Of a stretch of DNA of 48,664 nt, positions 1-10,295 are shown piece by piece. The position numbers and the translations under genes were made by a program. The stretch is taken from assembly GCA_003990765.1 (NCBI GenBank), contig RBNJ01000036.1, positions 1-48,664 of the forward strand, given 5' to 3'. The DNA is from Jimgerdemannia flammicorona (Eukaryota). The notes beneath the pieces are model-generated. The model was not told the origin of the DNA. It made no database searches and saw only the letters and a list, made by a program, of their open reading frames with translations. Every line of letters begins with the position of its first letter. Positions within the stretch are counted from its first letter, which is position 1.

Positions 1-69
<69 letters not shown>
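1..69. repeat. Poly(A) run at window start, replacing the first ~35 bp of the Gypsy 5' LTR
   Basis: 69 consecutive A; sequence from 70 aligns to the 3' LTR only from ~8985 onward (3' LTR begins 8948). Confidence 0.9.
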
Positions 70-71
<2 letters not shown>

Positions 72-1438
72 ACCAGATAATGTGAACAATTAGTAACTTA
101 GCCAGATAATGTACAGCATAGTAACCAGACACAGCAATAATTGCTGTGGAAAACTGTATAAATAGCCAGACTACCAGATAAGATATATCTATACAGAACC
201 TATATACCTGTGCTGGACCTTCACACTTGTGCAGGACCTGCACAACTTGCCATAAGTAGCAAATCTATAGTTAGCCACATAGTAACCCATAGCAATCACA
301 ACTGTATAAATTACCCCAGAGACTAGAGTGAATAAACCTTAGTCCAAAATTGAAGCAAAAGACAAGTCTGCCTACCACACTTCAAAAGGAACTCTACAGC
401 CACTGCTAGGAGATTGTGAGCTTATTTCCCCACTCTGGTCCACTTTCTGATACAAAGCTTGAAGATTTTACTATCAAGTTCAAGTGAAGAACTTTGCTGC
501 TTTTGGAATTATTAGTATGCTTGCCAGACTAAGCCTAAAGAACCCACTGCTTAAGAAATAAGCTGTACTATTAGTATGCTTGCCAGACTAAGCCTGAAGA
601 ATCTGCTGCTTAAGGAATAAGCCATACTATTGGTATACTTGCCAGACTAAGCCTGAAGAATCCAAGTTTGCTGCCAAGTTCAAGGAGAACTTTGCTGCCC
701 TTTGAGTTATTCATCACATTCCCAGAGAGCCCACCTATTCTTGCCACAAGCCAGTCTCTTGACACAACTTCGCAGTGATCTGTTCATGCAAATGAAGCCA
801 GTCTTTGATGTAACTTGCCAAGAATCCGAGTTAATTCCCAGTTAAAGCTGCTGTTTCGAGTTATCTGCATTTCCAGTTGAAGCTGCTGGTTCAGGAAGAA
901 TCCATGACACCTGAGTTATTATTCCCAGAAGAGCCTGATTCAGAAGAATCTGCACCATCCAAGTTCTGAGTTATCTGCTGCCAAAATTGTTTGTCTGTTC
1001 CCAGTGAGCCCGATTCGGAGAACACACTGCCAGTATAATTCCCAGTAAGCTGCTGTTTCAGGGAAGCCATGCCAAATCAAGCTAGCTACTAGAAATTGTA
1101 TACTTTTGGAGATCATTGCACTATACAAGATCATCATGCCAGAAATTGCATACTTTTGGAGATCATCACACTATATACGAAATCCTATCAATTCCCACTT
1201 AACCCAAGAAGAAAAAGACATACAAATCACCACTACACCCAGAGAACTGTCCCAATTAGGAAATTGACACACAAATCACTCACAGATATCCAGTTTTGAC
1301 TATTATACCACTAAACACCAAGGACCTCAGGAATCTTAGAACATTTTGTTGCTTTTTGACAAAGTAACTGAGGGCTCAAGCCAAACTACCTCAACCCCCA
1401 ACCTTGTAATTTGCCTCCATTGAGCCAGGCACATTATA
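70..1438 (+). repeat. Gypsy 5' LTR (5' end missing)
   Basis: Colinear with 8985-10295; ends GGCACATTATA (vs GGTATATTACA in the 3' LTR) just before the PBS; contains an internal 59-bp tandem repeat at 510-663. Confidence 0.95.
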
Positions 1439-1440
1439 TT

Positions 1441-1458
1441 TGGGGGCTCAACTGGGAA
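1441..1458 (+). promoter_or_regulatory. Primer-binding site, tRNA-Pro type
   Basis: TGGGGGCTCAACTGGGAA, 2 nt after the LTR; starts TGG (pairs with CCA) and closely resembles the classical tRNA-Pro PBS TGGGGGCTCGTCCGGGAT. Confidence 0.75.
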
Positions 1459-1473
1459 GATTTCAAAATTGAC

Positions 1474-3900
1474 ATGACTTTTCAGCTCACAAGAACCTAC
1501 AGTCAAACTGATATATTTGATACAACACCAATCTCTGTCACTATAGGAGAACCAGTTATTACCAACATCTGGACAAGAAGAGAAGTAATTACATCAAGAC
1601 TTGCCAACTATCCAGCATCAGAAGGATCCCAATCAGAACCAGAAGGCAGTACAGCCCAAAATCCCCAACCAGATCAACCAGACAACATAGGTGGCCCTGT
1701 TGGAGATTTTGAAGAACTTGCACAAGAACTAGAAGATCTTATTACACAAGCCCAAGACCTTACAGCCAGACACCCCATACCAGTCCCATCAATCTCACCA
1801 ATAGAACCTTTACCACAAGCCCTTGTAGAATTGGAAGTAGCTCCTATAAGAATATCTAGGCTCATTTCACTTTGTCCAAGGTCCAGAACACTATTGTCAG
1901 GATACCCAAGCACCTCTATCTCCAGTGATAGCTCAGAAAGCAAATCAGAATCAGAATCCAGACCAGAACCAGAATCAGAAGAAAGTGATAATAAAATGAC
2001 CACCTCATTGCCAACCTTTGCAGAATACCCAGAGGAAGACCCCAGAGAATTTCTTGATGGAATTAAAGGAATTGCTGCCCTGAGGAATCTTTTAGATGAA
2101 AGAAAAATCACCATCTACAAGGCCCAGCTTAGAGAACCAGTTAGAGGAATTTTCCACCAAACAGCAAATGATCCAAATTTAGAACTGGCAAGACAGATAC
2201 AAGCAGCAATGTCTTATGAGCTAGAATATGTAGCCATGATCCACTGGCTCATTGGAAAGTATGCAGGAAATGAACCCCACTATAAGGCCTAAGAATCCAT
2301 TATGGAAATGAAGATAAATCTTGGAGAATTGCCCAGAGCCTTCTTCACAAGAATCCAGAAGAGAATACATGCTGCTGAGTTCAATGCCACCAACCAGGAC
2401 ATCATAGGCCCAATGATCTTCATGAATGGAATTCCCCCAAACATTGCCCAGCATGTCCACACCCTAGGCATCAGAAGATCTGAAGAGCAAGTTGATGCAG
2501 CCTAAAGATTCTTTGATGTCAGACAAGAAACTACCTGGAGTGATCATGATAAGAAAGAAGATAAAGAAGACATCCTGGTCAAAGCCCTACAAGGACTCCT
2601 TCAAGAACAAGAAAGATCTGAAGAAAGAAGGCCAGCCAAAGAGGGAAAGAAGGACAGAAGTAAAATCCAAGACCTCAGTTCCAAGTTGGACTGATTGGTT
2701 GGACAGATTGAAAAACTCACCACACACAAAAATAGGAGCTACCAAGATAACAGAGGATATCTGCCACAGAGGAGCCAAGATTATCTACCAAGAAATAATA
2801 GGAGCTACCAGCAAGAGGAAAGAAGGTACCCTGTCCAAGACAGAGGACAAGTCCAATGTTTCTACTGTGGAAAATTTGGACACTATATCACTGAATGTGA
2901 CAACAAAAGAAGTGACTAAAGGGACTCAGAACCACCACACTGAAGGAATGACACTCAATACAAGAAGACTAAAGTCCACCCTGTTGAAGATTTCAAAGAA
3001 GCAAGCAACAGTGAAGACAATAGTGACCTAGACTTGTACTCTGCTAAGATTACCACTCAGAAAACAGTTTATCCAGCAGAGAAATGAAAGAGACCTGTAG
3101 GAAGGCCATCCAGGAATATCAACAGGAGAATCATCCAAGAAGAAGATGAAGAGCATGAGGAGGAGCAGGTAGAAACACCTCCCTGAACTCCCTCACCATT
3201 TGCCTCTGAAACAAATGAGCTACTACCAGAAGATGAAGAAATGGAACAAGAAGAATGGGAACCTGCTGCTTCAAAGCCCAAGAAGAAGTACACCCCAAAG
3301 ACTATGCCTAGAGATATCTACAATGAAGCCTGGCAGAAGATTCAAGAGGCCAAGATGGAAGTCCCCCTCTTGCAGTTCCTGCAACTGACACCAGCTGGAG
3401 TCCAAAACAAACTACTGAGAACCACTAGGTCCAGTACTGGCCGAGTTCCAATCCCACAGCAAGAACCAGTTTCCATCCCTGTCCAAGTAGCCAAAAGACA
3501 TGTCAGCACCTATCTACATAGAGATATTGGAGGACAAAAGGCGAAAATCCTCATAGATACAGGAGCAGCTGTCTGTATCATTGCAAAATGATTTCTGGAC
3601 ACCCTCCAATGGCCCATTGATGGACCATCCAACCTTAGCATTATAGTAGCAGATGGTGCCCAAACTCAACCCCTTGGAGAAGTATGAAATATCACTATTT
3701 CCCTGAGACATATTCAGTTTTCTATTCCCAAAGCTGTTGTCACTGAAGCTGTCACCTATTATATGATCCTTGGCACCAACTGGATGAAGGAAATGAATAC
3801 AGTTGTTGACATCAGTCAACAAGTACTCAAGTTTGACTACTAAGGCAAGAAGTACAGAGTTAAGGTGACCAGCTATGAGCAATCAAAGAAGAAGGAGAAG
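1474..3900 (+). pseudogene. gag: Gypsy gag and aspartic protease in one reading frame, interrupted by stops
   Basis: ORFs 1411, 2302, 2695 and 3241 share one frame; capsid-like LPTFAEYPEEDPREFL; zinc knuckle CFYCGKFGHYITEC (2857-2898); protease LIDTGAA (~3550) and ILGTNW. Confidence 0.9.
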
Positions 3901-5149
3901 GTCACTATTCAAGAAGAATATACTAGTAGTGAAGAATCTACCATAGAAGAAGAGGAATAATCTGAAGATGGAAATGATCCCAGAATCAATCCCTGAATTA
4001 ACCTAGTGGATGACAGACCAGAAGACAATGTGTGGGCTAAGAACACCATCCCTATCACTATTGGAGCTATTGCAGGAGAAATCAAAGAATGCCCCACCTA
4101 TCTCAAGAGACACAAGTGTCCTGAGCACTCTTCCAAAATCATTGGGACAAGGAATTCGCCTGGCACAGCCTGCCCTGAGTGCAGAAGGAAGAAGAAGAAA
4201 TACAGACATGTTCCAGAAATACCTGCAACCAAAGCTGCAGAAGTGCAAGCAATTTGGAGACAAGAATCATCTGAGAAAGAAGAAGTTCCTGACCAAGAAG
4301 TTCCTGAAGGAGAAGTACCTGAAGAAGAAGAGGTTCCTGAACTCATTCCCTGGAATGACCCTCACTGGACACCACCTGAAGATGATGACCCTTGGAATAT
4401 GGAAGAAGGACCAGCACAATCACCATTATTCCCAAGAAAGAAACTCACCAAGAGAGAGCTTTTTGGCTAGAAAGATATCCACACCAAATGGTCTTCCACT
4501 CTCCCCAAGACTACTGCTATCAGTGTCATCTACTAGACGAACAAGAGAGATAGAAACCCCAGAGACCAGAACCCCCAAACACAGTTACACAGTCAACTAC
4601 TTTCCAAGAAGTTACCACCAAGTTGCAAAGCCAATTCAGAGGACAAGACCTCTCCACCTGGACAGAAGTCTACCCCCTGTCTACTCTTCCACCAAATTAT
4701 GACCAAGATGGATACCAATTTCCAAGACAACAAGAGATCAACAACCAGGAACATCATTTTCAAGCAATGTGATATTGCAACCATGGAAAACACCCAGACT
4801 GCAAAGACTGTAGACATCAGAAGATTCACTCAGTCATGATGTTGCAATCCATATCTTGAAGAGAGGAGACAACAGAAGGCAGATTCGAAAAAGCCAGACC
4901 AAGAAGGATTCTCAAGATCTATAATTTAGGAGAAGACATCCTAGCTCTCGTTAGACATACAACCTGCCAAGGATGGGTAGAAGATGCCACCAACTTCATG
5001 GAAGCCCTAGACCCTACAGGAAGAAGAGGAATCAACTATCTCCAGGACCCCTCTACTGGAGCCAGATGGCCACACCTCAACCTCAGAGCCTGGAGGCTCT
5101 CTGCTAGTAGAGCTTCAGCCCTAGGATAGCCTGAACTTAGTAAGGATAT

Positions 5150-5560
5150 TGCCCAGTATGCCCTGCTACATCCCAAGGCCAAACCCCCAACCAAAGTCCT
5201 CCCAGAAGACATAGAGTATGATCTTCACAGTCTAGAGGATGAATCCATCAAGCCTGGAAAAACATTCATGATCAGAACTGGACTAGCCATGCAGCCACCT
5301 CAAAGAACTTACATACAATTGACCTCAAGGTCTGGACTTGCCAGACAAGGAATAACTGTAGAAGGAGGAACCATTGACCCAGGATATACAGGCGAAATTA
5401 AGGTTATCCTACACAACAGCAGTGCAGAATGGCACCAAATCATTAAAGGACAGAAGATTGCCCAAGCAGTCTTCATGAAAGTCAGGACTCTGAAATTACA
5501 AGAAGTGTCCAAACTGACCAAAGGAACAAGACAAGCCAAAGGATTTGTAGCTCAGACAAG
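5150..5560 (+). pseudogene. Retroelement-encoded dUTPase domain (trimeric type)
   Basis: Motifs EYDL (I, decayed), TSRSGLA (II), GGTIDPGYTGEI (III), GQKIAQAV (IV); motif V RQAKGF[G]SS broken by a 1-bp deletion at ~5547. Confidence 0.92.
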
Positions 5561-5989
5561 AAGAAAGTACATCTCCTTCAAGTCAACCACCTCAAAAAGA
5601 ATGTTCCCCAGCAAGTGTACTGGCAACCAGTCAGATTGTACAAGGATCTTATCCTGGAGCCTGGAGAACAAACCACCTTCGAAATATTTGCACCACCCGA
5701 CCCCAGAAACCTTTTCTTTGAACCTAAGGAAGATATCCCACACCTGGATATAGAAGGATACACCTTCCCTGACAAGATGAACCCAGTGCACTCCTGAGCA
5801 ACCAACCAAAGTTGGGAGACCATCATCTTGCCAAAAGAAACCATCATAGGACATCTGGTGCCTTTTCTCAACTGAACTCATAGGGAAATTTATGAACTAA
5901 ACTTATCAGGAAACAACAAAAGGTCTAAGAAGAAAGAAAAGGCCCATCTGCGACCCAGGAGACAGTGAAGCCTTCTACCAACATTGGAG

Positions 5990-7336
5990 AAGAATTGACA
6001 CCCCAACAACAGTAACAATTAGTAGAACTCCTCAAAAAATATCAAGATATCTTCACCACTGATTATGGCAACCTGTTATATAATCCATCATATCACTATA
6101 GCATAAATATAGGAAATGCAACACCCATCTGACAGAAACCCTACAGAATACCCCATCACTTAAAAACATTCAAAAAAGAGTATATTTAAGAACTCTTAGA
6201 CAATGGAGTCATCTGACCCTCTATCAGCCCCTGGGCCAGCCTTATACTTATTGTACCAAAGAAAGGAGGATGGAGACTCTGTGTGATTACAGGAAACTCA
6301 ATTCAGTCACCAAAAAGGATGCCTATCCTTTGCCCAGAATTGATGATCTTTTGGATCAGTTACAAGATACCAGATACTTTAGCAGTATGGACCTTTTTGC
6401 AGGATTCCATGAAATCCCTATGGACCCCAAAGATATTCAAAAGACAGCCTTCCTTGCTCTAGAAAAACTGTTTGAATACCTCTGAATGCCCTTTGGACAT
6501 TGCAATACACCTGCCACCTTTCAGAGAATGATGAATTCAGTCTATGCCCCCTTGATCCACCACTGCCTGATTGTATACAACCTGTACCACCTAGAGGAAT
6601 TCTTCAAGCTCACCTGCAAGAACCACCTGAGACTAAATGCAAAGAAATGCTACTTCAGGAAACAGAAACTCAAATTCCTTAGATTCATAATTTCAAAAGA
6701 AGGAATCCATATAGATCCAAAGAAAACCGAGAAGATCAACAATTGGCCAGTACCCAAGACCCTGAAGGAAACATTATCATTCCTGATGCTGGTATCCTAC
6801 TACAGAAGGTTTATCAAGGATTTTGCCCAAATAGCTGCCCTGATCCGAATCCTTCTCAAGAAAGGAGTATCATTCAAATGGATAGAATTACAAGAAAAAG
6901 CCTTCAAGGAACTCAAAAACTGCATAACTACAGCACCAATCCTTGTGCACTCCAATCTACAGAACCATTCATCTTATATACAGATGTTTTTAAAGATGGC
7001 CTCAGAGCAGTTCTAGCTCAAGAAGGACCCAATCAATAATACCATGTGATAGCTTATGTGAGCAGAGCTACCAATCAGCAGCAGATGAACTATGGTAGCA
7101 CCAAACTAGAATGTATTGCAGTCATATGGGCAGTCACTCTGTTCAAGTATTACCTCATTGGAAAAAGGTTCACCCTGATCACAGACCATGCAGCCCTCAA
7201 ATAGCTATTCAACTGCAAGGAACCTACCAGAATTCTTGTCTGTTGGATCCTTATTCTTCAGGATTACAAAATCACTATTGCCCACAAAGCAGGGAAAGCT
7301 CACAACAATGTTGATATACTTTCCTGTCAATTCTAA
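5990..7336 (+). pseudogene. pol: Gypsy reverse transcriptase and RNase H
   Basis: SPWAS..VPKK, DYRKLN..TKKDAYPLPRIDDLLD, MPFG..NTPATFQRMMN; the YxDD segment is deleted at ~6578; RH FILYTD, ITDHAALK, KAHNNVDILS then TAA at 7334-7336. Confidence 0.93.
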
Positions 7337-8406
7337 TGAACCAGAAGAAGGGTGTCCCAAGGAACTACACCCTAAAGGAAGCTCCTCAGACCATCAAGGC
7401 ACAAGAAGATCTCATCTGAAAAGAACATCAGAAAGCCTACTAGGGACAGATGAATATAGAAGAGAAGCTGTGAACAATATAACAACATTAGCCCAACCTC
7501 AGAACATAAGTCCAGGACATACTCAAGAAATGTGATACTTGCCAGAAGTACTAAGGAAGGAAGAATTATCAAGCACCATTGCAGCCAATCAGACCATCAG
7601 ATAACATCTTTCAGAGATGGGGAATAGATGTAATTAAACCTCTACCAGTTACACCAAGAAGAAATAAATATATTCTTGTATTTGTGGAATATCTGACCAA
7701 GTGGCCCAAGGCTTTCCCAATGGAAATCACAGATGCCTTAACCATCATAGGTCTTCTCCATGGACTCACACTCAGATATGGATTTCCAGAAGAACTCATC
7801 TCTGACCGAGACACAGAATTCATCAATAATATAATCATAAGTTATGCCCAAATTCACAAGATCCACCTCAAACAAACCACATCATATCACCTTCAGACCA
7901 ATGGCATGATAGAAAGAATGAATCAGATCATCAAGAAAGGACTTGTCCAAGTCAATCCTATCAACTGGGACCTCTGCTTACCTGAGATCCTATGGGAAAT
8001 TTGGAACACCCCTACTGCTTCTACAAAACAAAAGCCATTCAAAATGATGTTTGCCAAGAAGATCAGAACTGCTGACCATAAGAATCTCAGAGACCTCCTC
8101 AAGAAGGCAGAACAGTTACATAATAAAGCCCAAGGTCAGATTATTAAAGCTCAAGAAAGACAAAAGAAGTATTATAATCAAAAACAGAAGGATCAGGAGA
8201 TCAAGATTGGAGATCAAGTACTAGTTTGGAGAAGCATAATTGAAACAAATTTTGCCACCAAATTGGAACCCAAATGGGAAGGACCTTATCTTGTGCACAA
8301 TATCAGAGGAACTAGCATCTATTTAAGAGATATTAATGGATGAACCCTGAGGATACCAGTACACATCAATCATCTCAAGATATATGTACCTTTTCCCACA
8401 TCATGA
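7336..8406 (+). pseudogene. Gypsy integrase (HHCC, DDE core, GPY/F), own ATG, no chromodomain
   Basis: ATG 7336 is in frame with ORF 7579-8343; EHQKA..CDTCQK, WGIDVI, LISDRDTEF, QTNGMIERMN, KLEPKWEGPY; reads through TGA 8341 (probably CGA) to VHINHLKIY..TS* at 8404-8406. Confidence 0.9.
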
Positions 8407-8907
8407 ATCAGAGAGTTGACAACTGCCTCCAGACCCTTGTCCTCAGCTCATTTCAATCACTGTCAGTTTCTTTACCCCAATTTTGAGGAATCAATGGCAC
8501 TACCCTCCAGAGGATTCAGGTTTACCAAGAGAATCTTGTCCTGGCCAGATGATTGCTACAGGTCCATCAACTTCAGGCCCATTATGCAATTGGAGAACAA
8601 TTGCAGAACCTCTCAGTCCCTGAACAGATATATATCAGAAACACCACAGGACTATCAAGGCAAGATATTACTGCTGCAGATAGACATTACACCCTTTATA
8701 CATAAATGAAACCCTGCAGCCCTGATACAAGCACAATTCTCCTGATATGATGTATGAGGAATGAACTTAGCCACCTACCTGAGCATCATCAATGCTGTCG
8801 AAATTCTATTCCCAGAAGAATAAGAAGAACCCTTGGAAACAGATGATGAAGATGACAGAATAGGTATTGATGCAGAAGATACTTACCCATACTGGAATGA
8901 TGACTAA
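8403..8907 (+). pseudogene. Extra ORF of unknown function between integrase and PPT (~167 codons)
   Basis: ATG overlaps the INT stop (ATGA); continuous apart from four TGA (CGA-derived), one TAA and one frameshift at ~8700; acidic C-terminus (EEPLETDDEDDRIGIDAEDTYPYWNDD*). Confidence 0.6.
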
Positions 8908-8947
8908 AGGACAGTCTGAAGACAGACCATCCTTTAGTGGGGGCTAA

Positions 8948-10295
8948 TGTGACATATCAAAAACATACCACCTGAATTATACCTTAGCCAGATGATGTGA
9001 ACAATTAGTAACTTAGCCAGATGACATACAGCATAGTAACTAGACACAGCAACCATTGCTGCAGAAAACTGTATAAATAGCCAGACTACCAGAAAAGGTA
9101 TATCTGTGCAGGACCTGCACACCTGTGCCAGACCTACACACTTGTACTGGACCTGCACAACTTGCTATAATTAGCAAATCTATAGTTAGCCACATAGTAA
9201 CCCATAGCAACCACAACTGTATAAATTACCCCAGAGACAAGAGTAAATAAACCTCAGTCCAAAATTGAAGCAAAAGACAAGTCTGCCTACTACACTTCAA
9301 GAGAAACTCTTCAGCCACTGCTAGGAGATTATAAGCTTATTTCCCCACTCCGGTCCACTTTCTGATACAAAGCTTGAAGATTTTGCCACCAAGTTTGAGT
9401 GAAGAACTTTACCACCTTTGGAATTATTGGTATGCTTGCCAGACTAAGCCTGAAGAACCCACTGCTAAAGGAATAAGCTGCACTATTGGTACACTTGCCA
9501 GACTAAGCCTGAAGAATCCGAGTTTGCCACCAAGTTCAAGGAGAACTTCGCCACCCTTTGAGTTATTCATTGCATTCCCAGAGAGCCCACCTATTCTTGC
9601 CACAAGTCAGTCTCTTGATGCAACTTTGCAGTGATCCATTTGTACAAATGAAGCCAGTCTTTGACGTAACTTGCCAAGAATCTGATTTAATTCCCAGTTG
9701 AAGCTGCCGTTTTCAAGTTATCTACATTCCCAGTTGAAGCCGCTGATTCAGGAAGAATCTGCGACACCTGAGTTATTATTCCCAGAAGAGCCCAATTTAG
9801 AAGAATCTACACCATCCAAGTTCTGAGTTATCCACTGCCAAAATTTTTCATCTGTTCCCAGTGAGCCCGATTCAGAGAACCCGCTGCCAGCATAATTCCC
9901 AGTAAGCCACCATTTCAGGGAAGTCATGCCAAATCAAGCTATCTGCCAGAAATTGCATACTTTTGGAGATCATTGCACTATATAAGATCGTTATACCAGA
10001 AATCACATACTTTTGGAGATCATCATACTATACATGAAATCCTACCAATTCCCAGTTAACTCAAGAAGGAAAAGATATACAAATCACCACTACACCCAGA
10101 GAACCATCCCAATTAGGAAATTGACACACAAATCACTCACAGATATCCAGTTTTGACTATTATACCACTAAACACCAAGGACCTCAGGAATCTTAGAACA
10201 TTTTGTTGCTTTTTGACAAAGTAACTGAGGGCTCAAGCCAAACTACCTCAACCACCAACCTTGTAATTTGCCTCCATTGAGCCAGGTATATTACA
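8948..10295 (+). repeat. Gypsy 3' LTR (1348 bp), preceded by PPT
   Basis: Begins TGTGAC after AGTGGGGGCTAA (8936-8947); ends TTACA; direct repeat of the 5' LTR. Confidence 0.95.

Larger units (their letters stand above)
70..10295 (+). mobile_element. Ty3/Gypsy LTR retrotransposon, near full length, decayed, carrying a dUTPase
   Basis: Two ~1.35-1.4 kb direct LTRs, PBS, PPT; domain order gag(CCHC)-PR(DTGA)-dUTPase-RT-RH-INT, i.e. INT after RT as in Gypsy; many TGA/TAA/TAG stops and small indels. Confidence 0.97.

Noticed and set aside
510-663. Regularly spaced ~33-bp repeats resembling a CRISPR array
   Set aside because: The 'spacers' are homologous to each other, the array lies inside an LTR and recurs in the other LTR; eukaryotic context with no cas genes.
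1674-4829. Ser-rich minus-strand ORFs
   Set aside because: Antisense shadows of GAA-rich Gypsy coding sequence.
8416-8709. Track ORF MTTASRPL.. (97 aa) as the real product
   Set aside because: TTG start and no features; the overlapping ATG-initiated frame explains its stops as CGA>TGA and extends to the PPT.
8403-8907. env gene or chromodomain downstream of integrase
   Set aside because: No signal peptide, TM helix or furin-like site, and no chromodomain YLVKW-type motif; kept as an unknown ORF.
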